The notes under the pieces are model-generated. The model worked only from the letters and a program-made list of their open reading frames with translations, did no database searches and was not told the DNA's origin. A stretch of DNA of 64,000 nt from Gemmatimonadota bacterium (lineage in GTDB: Bacteria > Latescibacterota > UBA2968 > GCA-2709665), in contig JAPPFJ010000003.1 of the NCBI GenBank assembly GCA_028877215.1, positions 68,879 to 132,878 on the forward strand. Reading direction: 5' to 3'. The position numbers and the translations under genes are program-made. Of the stretch, positions 1 to 9,679 are shown piece by piece; position 1 is the stretch's first letter, and each line of letters begins with the position of its first letter.

Positions 1-50
1 AAGCCGGAAATGACTCGAGCGCCTGCCGGGGCGAGGGGACAGCATTCGTA

Positions 51-1004
51 TCATGCCTTGGAAGTCCGGGTCCAGTGGTTCTGTCGAACCAGCGGGGTCC
101 AGCCAAACCGTCTGTAAAATCGCCCCGCGCCCGCTTTTTCGTCATCCCTGTCGACGCTGAACACAACCCGGTCGCACCCGGCCAGCCGCAGCCACTCAAC
201 GGCATGGCGCATCACCCACGAACCGAGGCCCCGGTTCCGCATCGCTTTGCTCGTTTCCACTTCCGAGAGTTCCCCCCATCCGGATAGCGCCGGCAGTTGC
301 CCGCCCAGGGCGAGATCTGAATCACATTCAACGTATGCGATGTCCCGGCCCTCCAGCCGCGCCACGAATCTCGTGCCGAATTTCCCCAGGTCGCGATGAA
401 CGGATACGCCTTCGACCGGGGCTTCACCTGGAGATGGAATACCTTCCAGGGTGCCGCCGTACACGGATTCGTCAACGTCCTCGCCGCATTTAAAGCCGAA
501 CTGCTTAAGAAGACGGCCGATGTGCGGCCAGACGTGGGGCAGGCCGTTGCACATCGGTACTGGCAATGGCCCGGAAATCAACTGCTCCGTCGCCTGCCAG
601 GCGTCCATCTGACGCAGGCATGCCTTGAGAATCGCCTCGCCGGCAGGGTACTCCTGCGGCCAGAACAGCACCCAGGCGACTTCCGCGGTTCCCTTCCAGC
701 GGGTGTCGTCTCCGTAGCGCAGGAGATGGGCGGCGGCACAGACGCGGTCGTTGACAACGGAGACGATGGATTTTCTCTCGACGACCCAGGGATCGGTAAC
801 GTGTTCGGCAGGATTCCGCTTCAGGCGCTCCCACAAATAGTCGGCGGTCAGTGCCCATCCAGGGATCACGGCGCCAACGTGCACGTTTGCGAGATCCAGG
901 ACCTGTGGCAGATGGTGTTTTTCCAGGGGCTCTATCTTCGCCATAATTCGATCCGGTGGAATTATGCGGTCCAAATCCGACGCAATTTGGACCAGTTCCG
1001 CCAC
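51..1004 (-). CDS. GNAT family N-acetyltransferase (tandem GNAT-like folds)
   Basis: 317-aa ORF; C-terminal acetyl-CoA motif A (AMRNRGLGSWVM) and the GNAT ending AGRFYRRFGW. Confidence 0.8.
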   Translation of the reverse strand: MAELVQIASDLDRIIPPDRIMAKIEPLEKHHLPQVLDLANVHVGAVIPGWALTADYLWERLKRNPAEHVTDPWVVERKSIVSVVNDRVCAAAHLLRYGDDTRWKGTAEVAWVLFWPQEYPAGEAILKACLRQMDAWQATEQLISGPLPVPMCNGLPHVWPHIGRLLKQFGFKCGEDVDESVYGGTLEGIPSPGEAPVEGVSVHRDLGKFGTRFVARLEGRDIAYVECDSDLALGGQLPALSGWGELSEVETSKAMRNRGLGSWVMRHAVEWLRLAGCDRVVFSVDRDDEKAGAGRFYRRFGWTPLVRQNHWTRTSKA

Positions 1005-1163
1005 CCATCAAGGGAATTTTCCGGCTTTTCCGCTCGTCGTACCGGCCGGGTCAGGTGAGGCACTCCTTTCGATCCGGTCGGTTTTTTGTTACCATGGCAG
1101 GTCGCAGAGAGTTCCATTCCATGCAGGATCGATCCAGGATCCTTCACGCCAGGGAGCGTTCAA

Positions 1164-1481
1164 ATGATCTACGAACACCGCATCTACAGAGTCCCGGAAG
1201 GCCGGATGCCGGACATCCTCAACCGGTTTGAAAACATTACGTTCGACCTCTTCGACCGCCACGGCATCAAAGTCTCCGGTTTCTGGACGCGAAAAGATGC
1301 CAATGAGCTGATCTACCTCTGTGAATTTGAAAGCGAAGAGGCGATGGAAACCGCGTGGGATGCGTTCCGCGCGGACCCGGACTGGATCGCGGCGCGGGAA
1401 CGAACCGAAGCCAACGGGCCGATCGTGGACGAGGTCATCTCCGACGTCCTCATCCCAACCTCCTTCTCGCCTATGCAATAG
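1164..1481 (+). CDS. NIPSNAP family protein
   Basis: MIYEHRIY...F.RHGI...FW...AWDAFRADPDW...L.PT.FSP pattern; start moved to ATG 1164 behind a GGGAG RBS. Confidence 0.88.
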   Translation: MIYEHRIYRVPEGRMPDILNRFENITFDLFDRHGIKVSGFWTRKDANELIYLCEFESEEAMETAWDAFRADPDWIAARERTEANGPIVDEVISDVLIPTSFSPMQ

Positions 1482-1526
1482 CAGTCCATTGAAAAAGCAC
1501 ATCCGGGCTGCGGCCGGCCTGCACTG

Positions 1527-1856
1527 TCATTTGGGGGGAAGCGAACGGACGTAATCGACCGCTCTGTACACCCAGTCCGCCAGGTCTTCGTCCGATTCGA
1601 TTGCGGCCGGCTCAACCATCGCCCATCCCTTCATGACGCGGCCCGTAATGTCGAACGGCCTCGTGTGCGGCTCGGCAAGCGTCCGTTCGTGGTGCGCCCT
1701 GTCGAGACGGACGATAAGGGACCCCTTCCACGTACCCACGCACATGTTGCCGCAGATCATGAAGCAGACCCCACCAAACATCCGCTTCTCGGAAAATCCG
1801 TCCTCATCAGCCAGGATCGTCCGTATCCGACCGATGAGTTCCTCGTCGCCCGCCAT
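1527..1856 (-). CDS. TfoX/Sxy N-terminal domain protein
   Basis: EKRMFGGVCFM...GNM...VR...GRVMKGW motif; 109 aa. Confidence 0.85.
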   Translation of the reverse strand: MAGDEELIGRIRTILADEDGFSEKRMFGGVCFMICGNMCVGTWKGSLIVRLDRAHHERTLAEPHTRPFDITGRVMKGWAMVEPAAIESDEDLADWVYRAVDYVRSLPPK

Positions 1857-1859
1857 TCA

Positions 1860-2426
1860 CTAAATCTCCTCGAACAGCTGTCTCAGTCTGAATACCGTGT
1901 TGTGATTTCGGGCGGTGAGCTTCTGATATTCCGGTGATGTCGGCAGCTTCACCCACGTGGACCGGGTCGGTCGTGTCCTGGATACCGACCAGTAGATCAC
2001 ACCGGGCCCTGGCGCAACGGTCTCCCACTCCAGCTGCGGCGATGGGAGCCGGGCAAGGATGTCTTCCGGTCGTGCTCCGGCCAGCGTAAAGAGCGCGTGG
2101 TGCATCCGCTCGTCGTCTTGTCCCCAATCCTCGGGCGCCGCGTCTACCGCGGTTCGATATGACTTTCTGGACAGGACGACAGCGCGCGCGTTATACGAAA
2201 AACGTGCCGAAAGCGCGCTTTCGACTTCGTCCGCGAGCGCCGGTTCATCGGAATTGGTCGACCGAAACAAGATGTTGCCGCTCTGGATGTAGGTGCGGAC
2301 GCTGGAGAATCCCATGTCCTCAAAGCAGCCGCGGAGCGCGTCTTTGGGAACGATATTCTTCCCGCCGACGTTCACCCCGCGCAGGAGTGCCAGAAATCGG
2401 GGATGTGCTTTCTCGTCGTGCGACAT
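1860..2426 (-). CDS. DUF1697 domain protein
   Basis: ALLRGVNVGGKN...VRTYIQSGN...TARNHNTV signature. Confidence 0.88.
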   Translation of the reverse strand: MSHDEKAHPRFLALLRGVNVGGKNIVPKDALRGCFEDMGFSSVRTYIQSGNILFRSTNSDEPALADEVESALSARFSYNARAVVLSRKSYRTAVDAAPEDWGQDDERMHHALFTLAGARPEDILARLPSPQLEWETVAPGPGVIYWSVSRTRPTRSTWVKLPTSPEYQKLTARNHNTVFRLRQLFEEI

Positions 2427-2474
2427 CGGTTATAATGTCCCCGCCGTGAATTGTGAAGACCTTCGTTGTTGCGT

Positions 2475-5240
2475 TTATCGGGCGCCCCGGTTTCGCAGTA
2501 ACTTTGCGATATCCTCGTGACCGCGTCGATTTGCCCAGGCGAGGGGTGTCGCCCATTCGGCGCCCGCGGCGTTGGGGTCGGCGCCGCCATCCAGTAGAAG
2601 CCCCACCAGTTCCGCGTTACCCTCGCGTGCGGCGATCCCAATGGGTGTCGAGCGGTCCTCCTCATCGATCGCGTTGACGTCAGCGCCGAATTCAATGAAC
2701 ATGCGCACCATCATGGCGGCATCGGACACGGCCCGGTTGGGTCGGCAGAGGTCGTGCAGCGGGGTTCGCCGCTGCCAGTCGGGCAGGTTCGGGTCCAGGC
2801 CGTGTTCGAGGAGGCGGCGCGTCATTCGGGGGACGTGGTAGAGATAGGTCTTGCAAGCCGTCAGCACACGGGGCATCGGGTGTTTGCGCTGCAGGAACAT
2901 ATCGAACATCGCCTCGTGGGCATCCGTGGATTCTCCGCGATCCTCCATGCGTCCGCAGCCGCTGATCGCGGCGGTGTAGGGTGTGGTCAGGTACTCGCTC
3001 TCCTCGTTGGAAAACGGATCGTCGGTGTAGCGGAGGATCGCGGCCACCGTTTCGAACTCGCCCCGCTGCACGTAGCCCCACGCGCCGGATGCGCGCCCAC
3101 CGTAGCCGTAGAGCAGGCCCCGCATGGCGTCAGAGTGGGCACGTATCGCGGGGCTCCCCGAGGAGTCCACGTGCCCGTTCGGATCGGCGCCGGCTTCAAG
3201 AAGCCATCTGGCGACTTCGAGGTCGTCCTGCACGGTCGCGGTCATCAGCGATGCACCGTAGGGGCACAGTCGGCTTTCCGGCAGACTGGGGTCCGCCCCG
3301 TTATCCAGCAGAAAGCGGACAATGTCACGGTGGCCGTGTTCCACCGCGGCCGACAGCGGGCGTTTCTGAAGATTCTCGCCGTCGTTCACGGCCGACGGGT
3401 CGGCGTCGACAAACGCCCTGACGGCATCCAGGTCTCCCCTCGCGGCAGCCAGCGTTGGGGTGTCGCGGACGCCTGCGTCCAGCAGAAGTCGCGCCAGATC
3501 GGGACTCGCTTTCGACCTGTGCCACATCAGGTCCCGCCAGTAAATGTAGTGGATGGCACGGAAACCGGCGTGGTCGACGGCATCCACCTCGATGTCGCTG
3601 TCAAGGAGCGCCCTGACTGCCGCGCGGTCGTTCGCGATGACGGCGAGATGGAGCGCGGTCCTGCCTTCGGGGTCTCGTTGTGATTCGATGCCATCCGTGC
3701 CTTCAAGCAGGCGTTGGATCTCCGCGTGGTCTCCGGTGTCTATCGCTCTGTGCAGCCGCTGGTCCGGCGCCTCCGAAACGGGCCCGGAGGCCTCCCTGAG
3801 ATAGTCTGCGACCGAAGTATGTCCGCGGTCTTCGGCCATGGTAATCAGATTGTTCACCTCGTCGTGCGCATAGGCTTCCCACAGCACTTTTGTGGCGTCC
3901 AGACTGCCCTCCCGAACCGCGAAGTGGATCGGCGGGGTGTACCAGAACTGCAGTCTGGCGCAGTCCGGATCCGTGCTCAGATGTTTTCGCAGGGCGCCGG
4001 CATCATTCCGGATCGCGGCGCTGATCAGTTCCCAGTAGAGGCGTCCCTCTTGTGTTTCGATGCACCAGGACGGCCGGTGCATGGCCTCGATGACGTCTTG
4101 CGGCGTTCGTCCCGATTCGCCGGATTTGTCGATATTCATCCCGGTCCTTTCCGTAGGTTTGCGTCGACTTCCGTTCGTCCGTTCCTCCGTCACGATTCTC
4201 TGCTTGAAACTGAATACGATCTCGCTGGCAGGGTCCACCGTGACCTCGATCCAGTGCACGTCCGACGCGCCGAACGTCTCCACACGGGTGAAATTCGCGA
4301 AGCGCCTGCCGCCACCCTTGCGCCGAAGCGGCTTGTCGATCCGGAAATAGTGCGAGTCTCCATGCGCAAGGACGACCGGCCTTCCGAATCGTTCCGTTTC
4401 CTCACGCAACACGTCGAGGATCGCCTGGTAGTGAGGCGGGTCCGGCGCAGGTCTTCGCTCCAGGCCCATCGACGCGTGCAGGGTAAGAAACAGCGCCTTG
4501 CCGGACCCGGACGCCTCCGAAAAAGCACGACGAAGCCATGCGATCCCCGCATGGGTGCGCCGTTCGACCGCCGCGTCGTGCCGTTCCGTCCTCACCGGTA
4601 CCGCGCCAACTTCGGTCGAATCCCGGCGTTGAAACCCTCTCAGCCCGTTTCTGCTTCCCACAATGTGGATGGTTGCGAAGTGAACCCCGGCCCGTTCCCA
4701 GCGGACATTCTCGACAAACTCGCTGTATTCGGGCAGCGACGCCTGAGATTCAACCCGCATCGTCCGCTTGCCGAGCGTCATCCCAACACGGGGATAGAAC
4801 AGGGACCGCAGTTTCCGCAGGCGTTCCAGCGGATCGAAGCGGCCGGCGACCTTGCGGTGACAGTCCGTCCATTCGTTGTCGCCCGGCGTAAGGATGAACG
4901 GGTCATCGAAGCGGTTGAACCTTTTCAGTCGACCTTCCAGAACCGCATCCGTGCACGGTTGTCCGCCACGCTTGATGTCGCCCGCGTGGATGACCCATTG
5001 TACGTCGTCGTCCGCGTTGATCATATCGGTCAACCTTGCGAAGCGGATACTGTCGGCATCGGCGTACGGCACGTCACCGATCAGGGCGAACGAGAATGTG
5101 TCGGCGCCGGCCCGGCCTGAAAAGGACGCAAGGGCGACCGCAACGACAACCAATGCGAGCCCCACACCTCTTCCAATTCTCCGCCAGATGAGTAATGCAT
5201 TTCTGTGCATGTTCATTATGAGTCTCCACTTCGTTGACAT
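2475..5240 (-). CDS. Secreted calcineurin-like metallophosphoesterase fused in frame to an ankyrin-repeat protein
   Basis: Signal peptide, then GDVPY / HAGD / PGDNEW / HGDSH metallophosphoesterase motifs (to about aa 350), then many ankyrin repeats (TALHLA, RPLSAAV, TPLHD, TPLAWA). Internal RBS and ATG at 4139. Confidence 0.75.
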   Translation of the reverse strand: MSTKWRLIMNMHRNALLIWRRIGRGVGLALVVVAVALASFSGRAGADTFSFALIGDVPYADADSIRFARLTDMINADDDVQWVIHAGDIKRGGQPCTDAVLEGRLKRFNRFDDPFILTPGDNEWTDCHRKVAGRFDPLERLRKLRSLFYPRVGMTLGKRTMRVESQASLPEYSEFVENVRWERAGVHFATIHIVGSRNGLRGFQRRDSTEVGAVPVRTERHDAAVERRTHAGIAWLRRAFSEASGSGKALFLTLHASMGLERRPAPDPPHYQAILDVLREETERFGRPVVLAHGDSHYFRIDKPLRRKGGGRRFANFTRVETFGASDVHWIEVTVDPASEIVFSFKQRIVTEERTNGSRRKPTERTGMNIDKSGESGRTPQDVIEAMHRPSWCIETQEGRLYWELISAAIRNDAGALRKHLSTDPDCARLQFWYTPPIHFAVREGSLDATKVLWEAYAHDEVNNLITMAEDRGHTSVADYLREASGPVSEAPDQRLHRAIDTGDHAEIQRLLEGTDGIESQRDPEGRTALHLAVIANDRAAVRALLDSDIEVDAVDHAGFRAIHYIYWRDLMWHRSKASPDLARLLLDAGVRDTPTLAAARGDLDAVRAFVDADPSAVNDGENLQKRPLSAAVEHGHRDIVRFLLDNGADPSLPESRLCPYGASLMTATVQDDLEVARWLLEAGADPNGHVDSSGSPAIRAHSDAMRGLLYGYGGRASGAWGYVQRGEFETVAAILRYTDDPFSNEESEYLTTPYTAAISGCGRMEDRGESTDAHEAMFDMFLQRKHPMPRVLTACKTYLYHVPRMTRRLLEHGLDPNLPDWQRRTPLHDLCRPNRAVSDAAMMVRMFIEFGADVNAIDEEDRSTPIGIAAREGNAELVGLLLDGGADPNAAGAEWATPLAWANRRGHEDIAKLLRNRGAR

Positions 5241-5409
5241 GACGCTTCAGATCGTCGGGCCCGGTCTGGAGGGTACCGCCGAAGGTACTTGGCAGCCGTA
5301 ACCAGGCCGGGTATATTTTCGATGCGCGAAAACTGCGAATTTCGCGCCGGTTAATTGTGCATCTTCAAACCACGGTTTGCATGGCGCCCGCCATATTTCC
5401 ACGGGATCT

Positions 5410-6168
5410 ATGACAATGAAACCCGCCGATCGCGAATTTTTCGCACGGAACGGCTACCTGAACCTCGGCGTTTTCCTGAGTCCCGACGAAGTTCGCCGCT
5501 TCCGGGGCATGTTTGACGAGGACCGCCGCCGATATCCCTACTTCTGGCATCCGTACGGATACCACCAGGAAGCCAACTACAACGCATTGGTCACCACGCC
5601 TGATTTCGACAGGCTGGTTCGCCACCCGCGAATACTGCCCGAAATCGAGGAACTGATGGGCGGTCCCGTCTGCTTCGGCGAGATCGGCCTGCGCGGCATG
5701 GGTCCCTATTCGGGCGACGTCCACCAGGGATGGCACCGCGACAGGCCCCACTGGACCGAGCACCCCCTGCGTATGGACTACATTCAGTTGATGGTCTACC
5801 TGACGGATGTGGACGAGGGAACGCACTGCTTTTCCCTCTCGCCCGAGTCGGTCGGCGACGCGGTCCTGGAAGATCCGGCGGCGCAGCTGGAGCGGGGCGG
5901 CGTGTACGATCTCCACGGCCCCGCCGGCACGTGCGCCCTTTTCAACGTTGCGGCTCTGCACACGGCTACCACGCGCCCCACGCAGGCCCGGCGAAAGACC
6001 GCGCAGATCTACTACGGGCACCGCCATCGGCCTCCGCTGGCCAACGACTCCGGGATTCCGGCGGTGTTCTGGCGGGACGATCCCGATCCGGAGACGCGCG
6101 CGTTTTACGGCGTACTCAACGACCGGACCCGCCTTTACATGGCCGCCTTCGGGCCGCGCGAAGACTAA
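5410..6168 (+). CDS. Phytanoyl-CoA dioxygenase (PhyH) family 2OG-Fe(II) oxygenase
   Basis: FFARNGYL start, WHRD (HxD) iron motif, YLTDV, distal LH...R; start trimmed to ATG 5410. Confidence 0.85.
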   Translation: MTMKPADREFFARNGYLNLGVFLSPDEVRRFRGMFDEDRRRYPYFWHPYGYHQEANYNALVTTPDFDRLVRHPRILPEIEELMGGPVCFGEIGLRGMGPYSGDVHQGWHRDRPHWTEHPLRMDYIQLMVYLTDVDEGTHCFSLSPESVGDAVLEDPAAQLERGGVYDLHGPAGTCALFNVAALHTATTRPTQARRKTAQIYYGHRHRPPLANDSGIPAVFWRDDPDPETRAFYGVLNDRTRLYMAAFGPRED

Positions 6169-6196
6169 GCAGGCGGTTTTTCGCAAAATCGCATCC

Positions 6197-7186
6197 TCAT
6201 CCGTCAGCCTCGCCATCCCCCAGAATTACACGGCCGCCACGGTTCGCCGCTTCCTCGGCGCCCAGCCCAATGCGAACGGCTTCGAGGGCCCTATCCAGGT
6301 CCGATCGCCAATCACCCCTTCTACCGTGCACTTCCTCCAGAAAGAGGCTTTCCAGAGACGTCCCCTGTTCCGCGGGCGGCAGCGATAGCTCTTTGCCGCC
6401 GGCGGACGAGAGCCACCAGCCCCCGTCCTTCTGGACCAGCGTTCCTTCCTCCAGCACGAACCGCTGAACCTGCTCGGCGTTTGCGATTGAAATCCCGCCC
6501 GCCCAGGTCCATTCCGCCGTCCCTCCGTCCGTGAAGCCCACGGCGACCCGGTTGACGAAGCGTTCGTACGTTCCGGCGTTGTCCATTCCGTCATAGTGGG
6601 CGTACCCTTCCACCCAGGACGCCGGGCCGAAGAGGTCCACCAGAGGGTAGACCTGATAGACGAAGAAGAGACTCGGCGGACCCGACGCGTGGATGTTGAA
6701 TAACACCTCCGGCCGCGCACCTCTCCCCGGCGTCAGCCGCACGAACAGCGCCAGCAGAAGTCCGCCCAGCGATCCCACGGTTTTCTTGAGCTGCCGATGG
6801 GCGCCGGACACGACCTCGGGATGCGCCACGCGCAGCACCGTGCCGGTCGTGCGCGCCAGGTCGACCAGGCCGGCCCCCTCGTCGACGTGCCGCGCCACGG
6901 GATATTCCAGGAAGACGGGCTTGCCGGCCTCAAGCGAGGCCCGCGCGATGGGGCCGTGGCTGTCGTTGTTGGTACAGACCACAAGCCCGTCAACGTCGGA
7001 CCGGTCGATCAGCGCCTTCCAGCTGTCCAGCAACGGCAGATTGTGCTCACGGGCCAGTTCCGCACCCGTGCGCGGGTTCCTGGCTGCCAGTGCGGTCAGC
7101 CTGCAGCCCTGCATCGACGCGAATGTACGCGCGCGGCTCTGCGCCATGCCGCCCGATCCGACCAGACCCAGACGAATCGAATCCAT
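6197..7186 (-). CDS. Gfo/Idh/MocA family oxidoreductase
   Basis: Rossmann GLVGSGGMA, D.LVVCT.N..H, GKPVFLEYP (EKP-like); start MDSIRLG at 7186. Confidence 0.85.
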   Translation of the reverse strand: MDSIRLGLVGSGGMAQSRARTFASMQGCRLTALAARNPRTGAELAREHNLPLLDSWKALIDRSDVDGLVVCTNNDSHGPIARASLEAGKPVFLEYPVARHVDEGAGLVDLARTTGTVLRVAHPEVVSGAHRQLKKTVGSLGGLLLALFVRLTPGRGARPEVLFNIHASGPPSLFFVYQVYPLVDLFGPASWVEGYAHYDGMDNAGTYERFVNRVAVGFTDGGTAEWTWAGGISIANAEQVQRFVLEEGTLVQKDGGWWLSSAGGKELSLPPAEQGTSLESLFLEEVHGRRGDWRSDLDRALEAVRIGLGAEEAANRGGRVILGDGEADG

Positions 7187-7202
7187 AGTATGTCCTTCCA
7201 AT

Positions 7203-8375
7203 TCAATATCTGCCGATAGCATCGAAGTCTATTTCGAAGATCAACTCTTCGCCACGATCCTCGATTTTGATGAATCCTGTTTTCTCCAGGCGATCCAGTT
7301 CACGCAAAAAGGTGCGGGTCGTTACCCGGCGATACACCGCTGCGACGTATGGTGCGCCAAGTAGCTCTGAGAACTTGATTTTTTTAGACGGTTCGTCCGC
7401 AAATGGATCGACTGGCTCGGTCTCGTCCAAAAGAAAACACAGCAGGTCGTATTCCCGCTGATTGATGACACGGCGTCGCTCGCTTACCCGCTGACTCCGC
7501 GCCCTTGTTAAAGTCGTACGGTAGATAACGCGATTGAGTTTTGTCTTGATAAAGTTGTTGATTCCCTTCAACTCGGCCGCAAAGCCTTCGATGCCGAAAG
7601 CGATGAAACCATTCAGGTCGAACGGCTGTGTCCGCCTGCCCTGTTGAAGCAAGAGCATGTATTCATTGCCATTGCGGTAGAAGTAATTCGAGAGTCCGTA
7701 GAAGCCGTGAACATTGTATCCACCCTGAAACAGAATGCCGGCTTCTACGAGTCTCGAGACTCTACCGTTTCCATCGCCGAACGGGTGAATCGTTACAAGA
7801 AAAAAGTGGGCCAGTAGCGCACGTACGACTGGATGCTGCGCAGCCAGTTTGTTCGAGTTCACGAATGCTACGAATTCTTCCATAAAACGTCGCAAATCTG
7901 CAGGAGGCGCCCCTCGATGCACGCCACCAAGTGCTTTCGTTCCGACCACGACGGGGTGAGTCCTCAACTCGCCTGGTACGTTGTTGTCTTCATCGGAACC
8001 ATGCGTGACCAACCTGTGCAACTGCATGATGTCAGAAAGATGGAGCGGCCTGCTGCCTGGTGTGAACCGTTGCCGAACCCAGTCCTGTGCCAAGCCTGCG
8101 TTTCTCACTTGTTTTTCCTCACGAGACTGAGTTGCGTGTTCGTCGGAGGAAGTAGCCAACAGTCGACTTACTTCGGCTTCTGAGAGCGGATTTCCCTCAA
8201 CTGCCGTCGTCCCGTGGACCGCCCGCACGCGGTTCAGTTGGTCCAGTTGTTCCTTCCAATCCGAAGGGAGGACCAGATTGAGGGCTGCTTCTTTGTTGGC
8301 TTCAATCTGAATCAGGTTGGAGAATTGATTTTCCAACGAAATTCGAAATTCAAAGCGGAAGGTCGCCCAGTCCAA
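7203..8375 (-). CDS. Fic family protein (class II, with inhibitory helix and C-terminal winged helix)
   Basis: Fic motif HPFGDGNGRVSR; N-terminal inhibitory motif TTAVEGN; likely TTG start at 8375 after an AGGAGG RBS. Confidence 0.9.
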   Translation of the reverse strand: MDWATFRFEFRISLENQFSNLIQIEANKEAALNLVLPSDWKEQLDQLNRVRAVHGTTAVEGNPLSEAEVSRLLATSSDEHATQSREEKQVRNAGLAQDWVRQRFTPGSRPLHLSDIMQLHRLVTHGSDEDNNVPGELRTHPVVVGTKALGGVHRGAPPADLRRFMEEFVAFVNSNKLAAQHPVVRALLAHFFLVTIHPFGDGNGRVSRLVEAGILFQGGYNVHGFYGLSNYFYRNGNEYMLLLQQGRRTQPFDLNGFIAFGIEGFAAELKGINNFIKTKLNRVIYRTTLTRARSQRVSERRRVINQREYDLLCFLLDETEPVDPFADEPSKKIKFSELLGAPYVAAVYRRVTTRTFLRELDRLEKTGFIKIEDRGEELIFEIDFDAIGRY

Positions 8376-8802
8376 ATTACCTCCTGATTGACGATCTGTT
8401 TGACAATATATATGACACAATAACTATCTATAAATATAATATATTAACTAAAAATAACAAATTAAATATCGAGTTATTTGACACAAAAACGGACCTTTGT
8501 CTGACGAAGACTTCACCCAACTGAAACGGTGATTATGGATCAAACTGATTGTGCGGTCGGAATCCAGTTCGAATCAGGTCAACTCCCACCAGTTGAAAGG
8601 TGTGCAATTTGCAGGTACTACTTTCAAATATACACATGTACCCGCGATGTGACTCTGAATTCGTCCGTGTCGATACCCTCAACCAGACGTTGATACGATC
8701 CCATATTCACAGATACCGACAACCGTGACAATGCGCTAAATTGACGTTGTTCAGTACATGGAGTACATATTTCTACGTCAACTCACAAAAGGAGGCGTTG
8801 CA

Positions 8803-9570
8803 ATGTTCGATCCCAGGGAGGTTGGACGACGGATTCAGGAACAGCGAAAGCAGAAGAGGCTTACCCAGGAACAGCTCGCTCAGGCCGTATGCATCAGCGT
8901 ACAGGCGGTTTCCAAGTGGGAGAACGGGGAGTCGATGCCCAATATAGGGACATTCCCGGCCCTGTGCAAAACGCTTGGCGCCTCGGCCGACGCGCTGCTC
9001 GGAATCGACTGCGAGCCCGAAATCGAGGCGCTCGGTGCGAGGTTGGCGCGGCGGGTGAGTCTTATCGAGAGCGGGGAGGAACGAAACGTCGCGCTGATGA
9101 AGGTGTTGGGATATCTCGTCTCCTCAGGTGACGGCCCCTGGAATCCGGATCGCAATGTCTCGTACAGGCTGTCCGGGAATGGACTCACGGGCTTCGGTTT
9201 CTGGAGCCGCAGCGGACTCGCGTGCTTTGCGGCAGGCGATGCCCTTGCAGAAGACGTCCCGTCAGCCGCGTTGATGGACAGCCTTCGCACCCTGCTCTTA
9301 CCTGAATGCTGGTCCATCGCTTGCGCATTGTTGAACGGTCCGCATCGTTTTGACTCGCTGTTGGAAGCAGAGGTCGTCGAGTCCTCGCAGGCTTTGTCGG
9401 ACGCGCTGCGTGAATTGATCCAGGCAGGTCTATTGGTGCAGGAAAGTCGGGGCTATCGGCTGGAAGAAGATTACGGGCTGCTGCTGACGGGGATGATCAG
9501 AGCCCTTGGCGTTGCCAGTTTGAGAGTGGATCACGGACGGGGGATACGCGTGAACAGCACGACGGCTTGA
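8803..9570 (+). CDS. XRE-family HTH transcriptional regulator with C-terminal winged-helix-like region
   Basis: LTQEQLA...ISVQAVSKWENG...P motif; start ATG 8803 after AGGAGG. Confidence 0.85.
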   Translation: MFDPREVGRRIQEQRKQKRLTQEQLAQAVCISVQAVSKWENGESMPNIGTFPALCKTLGASADALLGIDCEPEIEALGARLARRVSLIESGEERNVALMKVLGYLVSSGDGPWNPDRNVSYRLSGNGLTGFGFWSRSGLACFAAGDALAEDVPSAALMDSLRTLLLPECWSIACALLNGPHRFDSLLEAEVVESSQALSDALRELIQAGLLVQESRGYRLEEDYGLLLTGMIRALGVASLRVDHGRGIRVNSTTA

Positions 9571-9679
9571 GAAACCTGAAAAAGCTGCTATAATGATCTC
9601 CAAGACCGCCCTTTGACGGGAATGGCGAACTTGTCACATTCCTGAGAGATTTTACGGCAAAAATCACGATGTCGTCGGC

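Noticed and set aside
3714-5120. Long opposite-strand ORFs (also 24518-25702, 36609-37892, 40777-42237, 19989-21056, 33346-34377)
   Set aside because: They are antisense shadows of well-supported genes, expected in GC-rich DNA, and carry no recognisable motifs.
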